A stretch of DNA of 63,012 nt, the filler included, from Thraustochytrium aureum (lineage: Eukaryota): assembly GCA_012862495.1 (NCBI GenBank). It is 5 parts of 5 records of this genome, joined end to end, with 100 filler letters (N's around TTAATTAATTAA, not from the genome) between each part and the next. Parts side by side here need not be neighbours in the genome. Positions count along the whole stretch, not along the records: positions 1 to 31,252 come from BLSG01000406.1; 4 more parts are not named here. The stretch is one strand, 5' to 3'. Shown here piece after piece: positions 1 through 10,882 of this stretch (its first letter is position 1; each line of letters begins with the position of its first letter). Position numbers and translations under genes: made by a program. Under the pieces are notes generated by a model that worked only from the letters and a program-made list of their open reading frames with translations, searched no databases and was not told the DNA's origin.

Positions 1-8
1 CCCTCCCT

Positions 9-41
<33 letters not shown>
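1..41. repeat. (CCCT)/(CCTG)n tetranucleotide microsatellite
   Basis: ccctccctccctgcctgcctgcctgcctg... read directly at the window start. Confidence 0.95.
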
Positions 42-1368
42 GCGCGCGCCAGCACCGGTTGCTGCTCTGCTCTGCGACAACCGCTCGCGAGAACAAAACG
101 AGCTGCGCCCGCGCTGCACCGCGATCCACGTCACAGAGGGGACTTGTGCGACGAAGGACTTGTCGGCGTGTCTGGAGGGAGGAAAAGGGACGATTGGGAG
201 GGGAAGGCTCGTCACGTACAGGGACAAAGTGACGAGGGGATGCACCTCATCCCTGCAGTGGACCGAACGGTTCGTCATTGGGGGTGGGCTAGTGATGAGT
301 GAGGACGATAGAAGGCGGGGAAGGGTCGTCACGATGGGTGCGATGCAGTACGCTGCGGCGTGTGGCCGTCATGAAGACGGCCAAAATGACGACAACGCGT
401 CACTGAGGGCCCATCGTTTCGGGGAGAAGCAAGTGACGCAAGCTTGGCACAGGGTCGCTAGCTAGCATTGCGTCATAGTCGCGGCGAAAGAGGGCGCGCG
501 TCATGCAGACAAGGGAGAGACCCAGATGGCGTCATCAACACCCTAATCGACTCCTTCACACGTCGCGAGTCCATCTTTCTTCGTCACAAGCCAGGGTGGT
601 GAGAGACTGATCATGACCGTCTCTTGTCTGATCGATCATCTCATCACCGCGTCTGCACAGTCCGAGTCAGTCAGCCTCCAGTGAAGGCCACCAGCCTGCC
701 TGCCTTCACCGTGACAGTGACCGCCGACAGCCGGCAGCTGTTCTTGAGCGCGCCACAGCAGCCCAAAGGGACCGACTCGGAGTCAGCGACCGATCGATCC
801 TTCTTGTTTGATTGATTGAAAGCGGGTCATGAGTCATGCATGAGTCATGACTCTCGTCGCGCAAATGTGCGAACAAGGCTCTCCCTCCTCCGCCACTTGC
901 CGAGTTGGCGCTGGCCGAGTGAGGAGGTCGCAGGCACGCACGCACGCACGCACGCACGGTGGATGGGTCATGACGGCTCGCCACGCAAGGCTCTCTCGGT
1001 TTGCGCGAGGCTTTCGCAGGCTCTCGTAGGTGTGGAAGAGACGGCACGGCACGCCTCCCAGTCCACCCGGCCGCCGCCTCAAGGGCACCGGAAGGCGCTC
1101 TCCAGCGCGTGAGGAGAGCGAGTTGAGTCGAGGCTTGTTTCCGCTCGCGCAGCGCCACGAGGAACAGAGTGGCTCCATGCCAGAATCCGATAGCTGCTGC
1201 AAGCACTCGAAAGCGCCGTCGCGCGGCAAGCCCCAACCAGCGCAGGGCCCGAAAGCGACAGGACGGCGAGAGCCGCGCGAGGGCTTAGAGACCTGCGCGA
1301 GAGAAAGAAAGCCAAGAAAGAAAGAAAGCCAAGGGCAGCGAGGTTGCTGCGTTCGAGGCGAGACGAAA

Positions 1369-3303
1369 ATGATGCGGCTCGGACTGGGCGCCCTGCTGGC
1401 CGCCAGCGCGGCTGGCGTGGCTCGCGGCGAGGCGTGCACGGAACAACAGATGGCCTGCGTGGAGGCCAGAGTCGCAGTGCTGAACGAGGTCGCGCTGAGC
1501 GACGAGGCCTGCCCCGACGTGGAGGGCGCCGTCGCAGACCTCGTGGGCTGCCTGGGCCTGTACGGCTGCGAAGGCGTGGACTTGCAAGAGGCCAAGGAGC
1601 TGTGTGGCTCGCTGAGCAGCAGTGGCACGTGCTTTGCGGACTGCACGGCGCTGGACGGCAGCCCCAACGCCGCCAATGCGTCCGAGCCGGAGGCGGCAAG
1701 CCAAGTCGCCGACGACGGCGCGGGCGGCAACCCGACGTTCGGGCCGGCCAAGTTCCTGTCAGAGGTCGCCCTTGAGGTCCCCGGCGGAGACCTGTTCGAT
1801 GTCCAGTGGGAGGCGGACGGCTTGGCCACGACAGAACCAACGGTGTTCGGGAGCGACCAGGTGGCCGTCGGCGTCGCCGGCGGGCTTTTGCGCAGTTTTG
1901 ACGGCTTTGGCTCGCTTTTGTGGGAGCTTGCGTCCCAAGGCCCCGCCGGGACAGAGTTCTCTGGCCGCCCTGTCGTTGGTGTGCAGGGGGACCTCTTCGT
2001 CGGCGACACGGCCGGATTCCTGTACCGCATCGAGGCGGACACCGGGCGGGCCAAGCAGGTCTGGGCGCTCGGAGCCGGCGGAGTGACGGGCTCGCCTGCT
2101 GCGGCCGCGCAGTACGTATTTGCGGTGACCAAGGGCCCAGTTGGGTTCCCCTCTACGCTGCACAAGGTCGCGACCGAGGCCTCCGCAGGTGCGGCGTGGC
2201 GCGTACCCGTCTGCGCGCATGACGACCTCACACTCGACTGGGCCGTGCAAGGCGTCACGCTCACCGACACCGCCGCCATTGTCGCCTGCAAGTACCAAGG
2301 ATTTCTGGACGCCTTTAGCTCCGTGAGTGGCGAGGAGCTCTGGTCGGCCCAAGTCGCATCTGCCCAAGATGCGATATCGCCGGCCATTTTGGGCGGCGCG
2401 CTCGCCGACAGTTCGGGGGATCTATACGTGGTGACCGCGGAAGGCGTGTCCAAGGTCTCCGGCAGCAATGGCGCAGTACAGTGGACCACAGCAACTGTCG
2501 AGCCGCTGATGGACCAGGTCGCCATCGACGAGGCCACGCCCTCGATTCTCGCGCTGAGCGTCAACGGGACGCTTTACCAGCTGTCCGTCGACGACGGCAA
2601 CGTGGCGAGCTCCACTCAGCTGGCCGATGACGGTGCCGCAACGCGGCCTGTCATGGACGCGGAAGGGCATGTTGTCTTCGGCTCCGGTTCGCAGCTTGTC
2701 TTCATCAAGGTCGAACAGAACCAGACAGCGGCAGAGACGAATCGAGTCGCCATGTCCGCGCCCGTCTCCTCCGTCGGCCTTTCGGCGACTGGCAAGCTCG
2801 TCGTGTCAACGTCTACCGCTTTGGTTGCCCAGGTCGCTGCTTTCCCAAGCTCGACGGAAGCACCATCCCCGTCGCCAACAACGCTGGCGCCGACAGCTCA
2901 AACCTCGTCGCCGACGACCAAAACCTCCTCGCCAACTACCAAGCCGTCCTCGCCGGCGCCCCCGACGTCGTCGCCGACTGCGATTCGAGGCAACACAGAC
3001 GACGCCCCGCCCGTGACTGCGCCGGAGACGGACAACAAGTGGCCGCACCCGGCGATCATCACCGTCTCCACACTAGCGGCCGTGGATGTTGTGCTGATTT
3101 TTGCTGCCATCGGGCTGCGCGTCACCGCCAAGTCCTCGGTCAACGAGCCGCCCTCGCCGACCTCGACAGACGGGGCAGGCGAGCGCATGGGAGATGACGA
3201 CAAGTCCGAGCCTTCGGCTGACAAGCCAGTCCCAGCAAGCAAGGAACTCGATCCGACCGAGGTCCCGGCGGACAGTTCTCAAGACAAGGTCGCTGCGGCC
3301 TGA
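1369..3303 (+). CDS. Type I membrane/surface protein: signal peptide, Cys-rich cap, PQQ/BamB-like beta-propeller, Pro/Ser/Thr stalk, one TM helix, acidic tail
   Basis: ATG 1369 starts MMRLGLGALLAASAAGVARG (signal peptide); repeated blade-like motifs (GSLLWEL, TGRAKQVW, SGEELWS, SNGAVQW); PSPSPTT/SSPTT stalk; hydrophobic IITVSTLAAVDVVLIFAAIGL. Confidence 0.75.
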   Translation: MMRLGLGALLAASAAGVARGEACTEQQMACVEARVAVLNEVALSDEACPDVEGAVADLVGCLGLYGCEGVDLQEAKELCGSLSSSGTCFADCTALDGSPNAANASEPEAASQVADDGAGGNPTFGPAKFLSEVALEVPGGDLFDVQWEADGLATTEPTVFGSDQVAVGVAGGLLRSFDGFGSLLWELASQGPAGTEFSGRPVVGVQGDLFVGDTAGFLYRIEADTGRAKQVWALGAGGVTGSPAAAAQYVFAVTKGPVGFPSTLHKVATEASAGAAWRVPVCAHDDLTLDWAVQGVTLTDTAAIVACKYQGFLDAFSSVSGEELWSAQVASAQDAISPAILGGALADSSGDLYVVTAEGVSKVSGSNGAVQWTTATVEPLMDQVAIDEATPSILALSVNGTLYQLSVDDGNVASSTQLADDGAATRPVMDAEGHVVFGSGSQLVFIKVEQNQTAAETNRVAMSAPVSSVGLSATGKLVVSTSTALVAQVAAFPSSTEAPSPSPTTLAPTAQTSSPTTKTSSPTTKPSSPAPPTSSPTAIRGNTDDAPPVTAPETDNKWPHPAIITVSTLAAVDVVLIFAAIGLRVTAKSSVNEPPSPTSTDGAGERMGDDDKSEPSADKPVPASKELDPTEVPADSSQDKVAAA

Positions 3304-4428
3304 GCCGTCTCGCCGCGTTCTGTTGCTGATCATGCACGCTGTGTGGCGGGTCGTTCTGGGGAGGAAGGAAGTTCACACAAAGGCCGCGCAGCCCGCCCGA
3401 TATTTTTGCTTTTTCCATTTATCAACAAGCCATTGGCTCTGGAGCTAGCTCCAGCTAGCCTCCGTCTCGACGCACCTTGCTCCGTGCATGCGGACTTGAT
3501 GGCGCGGGGCTTGCTGGGGTCCAGCTCTCGTTCAAGCCTTGGGGCGGCGCCGGGCCGCCCTCAACGGAGTCGGTGCACGACTCGGATGAATCCATAAAAA
3601 TTGAACCGCAAACCAGCCAGATTGTTGACCATCAACTTGAGGACGAAAGAGGGAAAGCTCGTGAGGTCTTCAAGGAGTCTTTTCGTGCACTGCAAGCACC
3701 GAAATCAACGAGCAAAACGGAATTGTCTGCGCGCCTCCAATCAAAGAGTGGTCCAGCACGGCCAAGTGGCGGTGACCTCGACGGGAAGCCACTCGACTCG
3801 CAACCCCCGCTGGCTTTCTCCACCTCGGAGAGGGCCCTGCGTTCCAAACCTTGCGCCGCGAGGTGGTCCGCGCCATGCACCTTGCGGAGAGCGGTCAGAA
3901 CCGCGAGAAATGCGTTTAGCTTGAGAGAAATGAGAGTGTTTGTTGTCCATCTCTGTACGTGCTCCAAGGGCGGAGATGGGAATCCCTGTGCTGTGCGGCC
4001 TCTGCCACGCGAATCCAGCCCTGGAGGTTTTTTGCCCAGTGTACAGGCAGCGCCTCGTGCGTCTATCGCTCGGCTGCTCGTGCTGTACTGGTACCTAGGT
4101 ATCCCTCCTGCAACGCGGCGAGGATTCTCAAATGTGTGCAAATGGTTTGGGCAAAACTCTCAGCGCGGAGAAAGGAGACCCGCCCAGGATGCCGGTCTGA
4201 TTGCCACCTCGGCCGCAAGTACCAGTCAGCCGATCGGCCCCCCGTGCAAGGGGGAGAACGGCGATCAGGAATCGACAGTCACCGAACGAGCGCTGTCACG
4301 GCATCTACATACCTGCGAGTCACCTAACCTCCAGCTCAAGCCAAGTACTCGAGAGCTCTAAATCTCAAGCTTGTGGCTCATCAGGAGACGCGCAGCTCGA
4401 CGAGATCGCTCTCCTCTGGCCAAGCAAG

Positions 4429-7400
4429 ATGCTCGTCTGGCCGCGGGCCCTCGCTGTGGCGGTGGCGTGTGCCGCACTGCTCGCAGCCGAGGCGTGCATG
4501 CTGGAAAGGTTCAAACCGCAGGCATTTCCTGCTGCAGGCAACTTCACCGTGGAGGTCGTCGGCGACCTCCCACGTTCGGACGGGGCGGATGTCAGCTACG
4601 TTCTCTTTGCAGGCGACAGTCCCGCTTCAGAGACACCGGCTAGCTCCACAGGTGCTGTTGACGACGGAGTCATGATCTACGTGGCAGACGCTTTGGTCGC
4701 GGGCGCCACCTACGGCGTTCGGGTGTACAACTCAACTACCTCAACCGTACTCTGCGAGACGCGCACGCGCTGGGGGTTTGCTCACGCTGGCATAACAATT
4801 CAAGACGTCGGCGCAGAAAACGGGCTCGCTGACGCAAGCACGCTGTACAGCGTAGAGGGCAAACGTCGCCTCACCATCACGGGCAACAACCTGTTCTTTC
4901 CAGAGAGTGACGACGATGTCCGAGTGAGATACCGGAACCCTGATGGCACGTCTGCTGGGCTGGACACCCAACCTGGTAGTGTCACGATCAAGAACGGCCA
5001 GATTGTGGTTGCCACGACCACGCCAGCAGTGCCCAGGCCAGTGGACTGGCTGCTTAGTTGCGCCGACCAGCTCAACCCTGTCAAATCGCAAGACTGCGTG
5101 CCAGACATCCCCATGAACATCTCGGTCTCGATGGACGGCGGAATCAGCTACTCGAACGAGCTCCCCATCACATTCGGCTATGTGAGGCCGCTCAGGGCGG
5201 CGTTCATCTACATCGGGCCAGTGGATGATTTCGGATGGACGCACCAGCTCAACGAGGGCCGAATTCAGCTCGAGAGTACCTTTGGTGCCTCGCTCAACAC
5301 CTCGACGTACTTTGAGAGCGTGGACGAGGGAGAGTTCGAGAATGACCAAGCCAACAAGGGCAAAACGATCAGGACCCAAACGCCTGTGCCATCGCACTTT
5401 GTCAACCAGGACGGCGTCAGTGTGGTTAACAAATACTACAAGGGTTTTGCGATCATGAAAAAGCTGTGCGACGAGGACTACGACCTCGTCGTTTCGGGCA
5501 GCTTTGGGCTGATGAGCCAGACCGAGGACGTCTCTGCGGACTACCCGGGGTGCCACCGCGTCGGGGACGGAGGCGATGCAGGAGCTGCGAGCTACAGTAC
5601 GCGCTTCGTAAACATCGGCGGGTTCAAGACCACGCCTAGCATGTCAACAGCGTTCGCCAAAATCTACCAGATGCGCTACCTCGCAGGCATCGTCGCAGGG
5701 TACGAGCTCGGCCGCCGCAAGGCTTTGGATATCATCGAAAACACGTACGACGCAAGTAACCCGCCTTGCATTGGCTACATCGCGGCGTTCCCGTTGCCCG
5801 AGGTGCAGCGCGGCATAAACGCCCTGCTGCTCGGGTGCAAGGAGGAGTTTCCCGAGTGCAAGGTGAAGGTTTTGTGGTCTGGCGTATGGCACAACTCCAA
5901 GTTGGAAGAGGCGGCGGCCGCCTTCTTTTGGCACGAGGCAGGCTGCAAGATCATCACGCAGCACTCGGACACGGCCGCCCCGCAGCACTACTACAAAGAG
6001 CGCGGTGGCGCGAGCCTCGGGTACAACAGCGACAGCCGGTCGCTAGTGGGCGATTCTGTGCTCACCAGCGCGAGCATGCGCTGGGCACCTGCGTTTGAGC
6101 ACTTCGTGCATGCGTTGCGCGATGACCAATGGTCCTCAGAACAGATTTGGTTTGGCGTGGACCAAGGCGCCGTCGAGCTGGCTCCCTACTTTAGCCCTCG
6201 CGTTCCTGCGGACGTGCAGGACAGGGTGCTCCGCCGGAAGCGAGAGCTGGAGGCTGCCAACGGCGACGATGCGCTTCGCCAGATCTTTTGCGGCGACCTG
6301 CAGAAGCGTTGGGTCTACGCGCGCGACGAAGGCCGTGTCAAATACGGGTGCGGGTCACAGCCAGAGTGGGTCCGGCTCGAGGAGACCGAGTCAATCAACG
6401 CGGAGCACTTTAGAGACGCAAACGGAAACCCGCTGTCTCCAGGACAGGCGATCAAAAGCACAGACTGCCTGTGGGGAGTGAATTTTCCTGGAGAGGCCCT
6501 GCTCAGCACGGGAGACTCTGGCTTCAGCGACTACCTGCTGGACGGGGTCGAGCTTTTCGAGCCGCAAGTTACGCCGTACGGAACGATCCACAACGCGTCG
6601 TCGCACGGCTGCGTTTCGGACGCCGGCGCGACTGGCGACCGCTTCTTCCTTGCGCCAAACGACCTTCCCGAATGCAACGGAAAGCAATGGGAATACTCGC
6701 GCGGGCAGTGCGACACCTCTACGATGAGCAGCGAGGTCACGTACACGTGGGTTGTGAACGAGACAACAAAGTCGAACCTCACGTGCGGCAACGAGTTGGG
6801 CCCGAACGGCAAGTTCTCCACGCCGGCTGCGTTGCCCTACGTCCCGTTCGGCGAGGACGCGCCGCCCTGCGACTACGTGCCGATGCGCTCAAGAGTTGCC
6901 AATGTTGTCGTGGTGCTGAGCGTCGTGGGCGTTGTGTTCCACGTGGCTGTCATCATTCTGATCACAATACACCGCCGCCACAAGGCCATGATGGCTTCCC
7001 AGCCAAAGCTGGTGTTGTACATGTGCCTCGGCGGCGTGCTCCTCAACCTGTCGACGTTGGCATTCCTAGGCGCCCCAACGGACGCGCTGTGCGCTGTGCG
7101 CGTCTGGTCCTTCAACATTAGCTTTCAGATCGTCTTCAGCTTCCTGCTCAGCAAGATCTATCGTGTATGGAAGCTTTTCGAGTCCAACGCTGCCAAGAAG
7201 CTTAAACGCGTGGTTGTGCGCGACGCGGACATGGTTCGTGTCTCGGCCTTCCTGATTTTTATCGACGTGCTCATTCTGCTTGCGTGGCAGGTGGATGACC
7301 CCTCCACGCCCATGTCGCGCGTTATCTTCGTCAAACTCCCGGCCGAGGGCCTCGGCAGCATCACCTACACGGAATGCGCATCCAAAGGCAGCATTTACAG

Positions 7401-7791
7401 CATCGCAACGCTCATGTTCAAGGTGTTTTTGATTCTGGCCGCCTGCGTCCTTGTGTTTGGGAGCAAGAACATTCCGTCGAGCTACGTCGAGCACAAGTTT
7501 ATCGTTTTCTCTGCATACAACACCGCCATTTTCTCGGGCGTAGTGCTGCTTCTGACGGGGGCAGAATCGAACGATCCCTCCACAGGGCTCATGATTCACG
7601 CTGCGGGCGTCACTGCTGGCTCGATTCTCGTCAACGGCTCCATTGCACTGCCCCGCATCCTGCTCGCTTTCGACAAGTGGAGCATATCTACGAGCAGCAC
7701 CGAGGCGTCGCGCCCGGAAGCGATGGGCCCGTCAGCCACGGTCACGGGCATGACGACCTCGCACGGCTCCGAGTTTGAATTCAAGAACTAA
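4429..7791 (+). CDS. Class C (GABA-B-like) GPCR with an extracellular BMP/PnrA-type periplasmic-binding domain and IPT/TIG-like N-terminal region
   Basis: Signal peptide MLVWPRALAVAVACAALLAAEA; BMP motifs AFIYIGPVDDFGWT, YQMRYLAGIVAG, IGYIAAFPLPEVQRGINA, IITQHSDT; 7tm_3 motifs ASQP, SKIYRVWKLF, KNIPSSYVEHKFI plus seven hydrophobic segments. Confidence 0.88.
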   Translation: MLVWPRALAVAVACAALLAAEACMLERFKPQAFPAAGNFTVEVVGDLPRSDGADVSYVLFAGDSPASETPASSTGAVDDGVMIYVADALVAGATYGVRVYNSTTSTVLCETRTRWGFAHAGITIQDVGAENGLADASTLYSVEGKRRLTITGNNLFFPESDDDVRVRYRNPDGTSAGLDTQPGSVTIKNGQIVVATTTPAVPRPVDWLLSCADQLNPVKSQDCVPDIPMNISVSMDGGISYSNELPITFGYVRPLRAAFIYIGPVDDFGWTHQLNEGRIQLESTFGASLNTSTYFESVDEGEFENDQANKGKTIRTQTPVPSHFVNQDGVSVVNKYYKGFAIMKKLCDEDYDLVVSGSFGLMSQTEDVSADYPGCHRVGDGGDAGAASYSTRFVNIGGFKTTPSMSTAFAKIYQMRYLAGIVAGYELGRRKALDIIENTYDASNPPCIGYIAAFPLPEVQRGINALLLGCKEEFPECKVKVLWSGVWHNSKLEEAAAAFFWHEAGCKIITQHSDTAAPQHYYKERGGASLGYNSDSRSLVGDSVLTSASMRWAPAFEHFVHALRDDQWSSEQIWFGVDQGAVELAPYFSPRVPADVQDRVLRRKRELEAANGDDALRQIFCGDLQKRWVYARDEGRVKYGCGSQPEWVRLEETESINAEHFRDANGNPLSPGQAIKSTDCLWGVNFPGEALLSTGDSGFSDYLLDGVELFEPQVTPYGTIHNASSHGCVSDAGATGDRFFLAPNDLPECNGKQWEYSRGQCDTSTMSSEVTYTWVVNETTKSNLTCGNELGPNGKFSTPAALPYVPFGEDAPPCDYVPMRSRVANVVVVLSVVGVVFHVAVIILITIHRRHKAMMASQPKLVLYMCLGGVLLNLSTLAFLGAPTDALCAVRVWSFNISFQIVFSFLLSKIYRVWKLFESNAAKKLKRVVVRDADMVRVSAFLIFIDVLILLAWQVDDPSTPMSRVIFVKLPAEGLGSITYTECASKGSIYSIATLMFKVFLILAACVLVFGSKNIPSSYVEHKFIVFSAYNTAIFSGVVLLLTGAESNDPSTGLMIHAAGVTAGSILVNGSIALPRILLAFDKWSISTSSTEASRPEAMGPSATVTGMTTSHGSEFEFKN

Positions 7792-8671
7792 CAAAAGTCT
7801 GTTGTTGGCCAGACAACGCCCATTCTTCCTCGTTCTCCAGCCCATTCAGTCACGGCCAGCCCTTTCTTGGCTTTGATNNNNNNNNNNNNNNNNNNNNNNN
7901 NNNNNNNNNNNNNNNNNNNNNNNNNNNNNNNNNNNNNNNNNNNNNNNNNNNNNNNNNNNNNNNNNNNNNNNNNNNNNNNNNNNNNNNNNNNNNNNNNNNN
8001 NNNNNNNNNNNNNNNNNNNNNNNNNNNNNNNNNNNNNNNNNNNNNNNNNNNNNNNNNNNNNNNNNNNNNNNNNNNNNNNNNNNNNNNNNNNNNNNNNNNN
8101 NNNNNNNNNNNNNNNNNNNNNNNNNNNNNNNNNGGGCCAAAGGTTGGCTTTGATGATCTCCATGTGGTTGGGTTGTTGCTGTGCGCTAGGCCAAAAGTCG
8201 TGAGCTGCGACCTCCAAAGAAATGTGAAAGAAACGACACCGCCCAACCTATGGCTTTGATACTCCATGGTGTTCCTGATGGATTGAAACCATGCCAAGCA
8301 GAGATCGTGGGCGTCGTCGTGGGTGCGCTTGCTGACAGTCGGCCGGAGCGACCTCTAGAGCTCGCGCTTCCGGCCTTGCGTGTTCAACGGCTTTCTTTGT
8401 CGTCCGCTGCAAACCTGTCCTCTGTCTTTCCCAGTTGTGCGCTCTTTGCGCCAGTCATTCATGCCCCGCATGCCATGCATGCACACGCGCTCGCTCAGGT
8501 CAGACTTGCGATCACCACTCCTCCATTCCTGCGCACGGCTGAAGGCTGTCTTCGCTGCGCAGGTCGTTTGACGCACGCCCTACCCGCGGGATCCCACGCA
8601 CGCCGTTGCGAGGAGCGGCGTGCCTGGGGTTGGCCTGCGCGGCGAGTTTCGTTCGCTCCCAACGCAGCGAG

Positions 8672-10714
8672 ATGGACGGCACACGGCCTGGCGACGGGAC
8701 GGCCGAGGACGCCACGAAAGCTGCTGACGTGAACTCGGAAGGCGGCATTCGCCAGGGCGCTCCTGAGACGGATGACCAGCGGTACAACCTCGTGCTTGTC
8801 CAGTCTGTGCTCGACGAGATTATCGCGTCCTGCGAGGCCACGGCGCCTTCGGCGGTTGAAGAGGATTGCGATGCGTCTTCGGTGGGATCGAAGGAGTCGG
8901 AGTCCTCGTCGGACTGGAACTCGTCCGCTGACGAAAAGGACGCGCATGCCTTTCCGGAAGGCGACACGATCGAGGAGGAAGAGTACAAGCTAAACCAGCT
9001 CATCCAAGCCGAAGCTGCCGGCGGCGGCCTCATCCAACCCCCGCGTACTGAAAACGAAAAGCTGCCGGACGAGGTGGAGCTAGAGCCGCTTCCGAACGAC
9101 ATCCAGCCAGATGATGAAGTGGAGAGGTGCGGCGTAGTGCTGTCCCTTAGCGAGGGCAACAAGGCTGTCGTTGTCAAAGGCATGCCGGCGCAAGACGGCG
9201 GGACTGTTGAGGCAGTCGACCTCGACAGCGTGCTCTGCACATCAGATCGTGAGCTCGTGGGCCGCGTGGAGGAGGTTTTCGGCCCAGTCGTGCAGCCGTT
9301 TTACCTGGTCCGACTCATGGGCGTTTTTCGGCCACCCGTGAAAGAGACGGGCAAGGGAGCCTCTGCAGGGAGGAGTAAAGGTGCAGCGCGCAAGATCGGG
9401 CGAGAGTCCGTCGTCCAAACTAGTGAACCGACCGAGCAAGCAGCCTCTGGAGCCGAGGTGGACCCCAACGGAGACAAGGCTGATTCGGCGACCAACGAAA
9501 ATACTCTCGCAAGCACACAAGTCGGCGGCGGTCTGGGCGAAAGTGCGCAAGAGACGTGCGAAACGGTCGACGCCCCCGCCCTAGCTCCCTCGGAGCATAA
9601 AGACGCAAACGTGTTCCTCACAAGTGGCGTACCGCTGTTCGTCGTCAAGCGCCACGGGAAGAGGGTCAACACTGCGGCGCTCGACATCAAGGGGTCAGAC
9701 GCAAGCAACATCCATGACGAGGAGGCCGGGGAGGACGAGCAAGAGTTTAGCGACGACGAGCAAGAAGCCCTTGCCAAACGCAAGCGAAAGCGCGGCCGGG
9801 TTCCAGACGCACGGCCAAACGCGTCGGGCCCATTCGTCCTCCCAAGCGGCGGACGCGGGCCTTCTTCCAGCCAAGCTCCCGCACGACGTCAGCCACACAG
9901 CGATCGCTTCGAGCGCGGGCCATACTCTGGACAACATCCGCCTATGCACGGCGGTGTTGGTGCGGATGTCCGTCAGCATCATAGCGGGCGGCATCATCAA
10001 CACGTGCCTTCTCGTGGAGGCCAACGTTACGCGCCAGAGCACGGCAACGTTCGTCAACCGTACCAGGTCGAGAGCCGTGAGTGGACGCCCCCAGCGCACC
10101 AGTGGCAAGCTGGAGGGCACGGGGTGCTGAGACCGCCTCCTGCAGGGCCGCCGCCGCCGCTTCCACACAGCTTTGCTCAGCCCTCCCAAGCCTCCTACGC
10201 TATGCCAGTGCCCCCACACCAGCAACACGTTCAGCACCAGCATCACGNNNNNNNNNNNNNNNNNNNNNNNNNNNNNNNNNNNNNNNNNNNNNNNNNNNNN
10301 NNNNNNNNNNNNNNNNNNNNNNNNNNNNNNNNNNNNNNNNNNNNNNNNNNNNNNNNNNNNNNNNNNNNNNNNNNNNNNNNNNNNGTTCAGCACCAGCATC
10401 ACGTTCAACACCAGCAACACGTTCAACACCAGCAACAATTCTACGGTGGGCCGTCCCCAGGCCAGGGCATGCCTCCGCCAGTCCACGCCCCGCCGCTGTA
10501 CGCACAGCAGCACTATCAGCAGGCAGCTCCCGCGTCGCAAGGGTTTCCGGGGCTACAACAACATGGTGCTCCACATCACGGAGCGCCTCACATGGGAGCT
10601 GCTCCGCTGTACGCACAGCAGGCGCAGTACGCCGCTCCGCAAGCGCCGCAGCAGACGCCGCCAATGCAACAGCCCCCCCCGAACATGTACCACCAGCACT
10701 GGCATGGTCGATGA
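8672..10714 (+). CDS. NAF1: H/ACA RNP assembly factor NAF1 (Gar1/Naf1 domain, Pro/Gln/His-rich C-terminus; internal gap)
   Basis: VGRVEEVFGPVVQPFYLVR and KGSDASNIHDEE...EQEFSDDEQE are NAF1 signature segments. Confidence 0.88.
   Translation: MDGTRPGDGTAEDATKAADVNSEGGIRQGAPETDDQRYNLVLVQSVLDEIIASCEATAPSAVEEDCDASSVGSKESESSSDWNSSADEKDAHAFPEGDTIEEEEYKLNQLIQAEAAGGGLIQPPRTENEKLPDEVELEPLPNDIQPDDEVERCGVVLSLSEGNKAVVVKGMPAQDGGTVEAVDLDSVLCTSDRELVGRVEEVFGPVVQPFYLVRLMGVFRPPVKETGKGASAGRSKGAARKIGRESVVQTSEPTEQAASGAEVDPNGDKADSATNENTLASTQVGGGLGESAQETCETVDAPALAPSEHKDANVFLTSGVPLFVVKRHGKRVNTAALDIKGSDASNIHDEEAGEDEQEFSDDEQEALAKRKRKRGRVPDARPNASGPFVLPSGGRGPSSSQAPARRQPHSDRFERGPYSGQHPPMHGGVGADVRQHHSGRHHQHVPSRGGQRYAPEHGNVRQPYQVESREWTPPAHQWQAGGHGVLRPPPAGPPPPLPHSFAQPSQASYAMPVPPHQQHVQHQHHXXXXXXXXXXXXXXXXXXXXXXXXXXXXXXXXXXXXXXXXXXXXXXVQHQHHVQHQQHVQHQQQFYGGPSPGQGMPPPVHAPPLYAQQHYQQAAPASQGFPGLQQHGAPHHGAPHMGAAPLYAQQAQYAAPQAPQQTPPMQQPPPNMYHQHWHGR
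10220..10437 (+). repeat. Coding 18-bp tandem repeat (VQHQQH/VQHQHH)n, partly lost in a gap
   Basis: cacgttcagcaccagcat / cacgttcaacaccagcaa units flank the N gap. Confidence 0.75.
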
Positions 10715-10882
10715 GGAGGGGGGAGAACATGGACCGGACCGCGACCACGAAACTCCAGAGGCTGCGTCTCTCGCGCGCTGCAATGTAAACACTGTTTTGG
10801 TTTTGGCATTCGCTCCTGGCACCGGAATAAATCAACTTTGCAGCGGTGCGCGGCGAGTCGCAAGAGTGGTGTCAACGTGTCC

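Noticed and set aside
834..2564. 576-aa minus-strand ORF and similar long overlapping ORFs (10838-11950, 33240-35102, 41121-42719)
   Set aside because: Shadow frames of real genes in GC-rich DNA, no motifs
3477..4361. 294-aa ORF between the propeller gene and the GPCR
   Set aside because: Non-ATG start, no recognisable motif, composition unlike neighbouring genes
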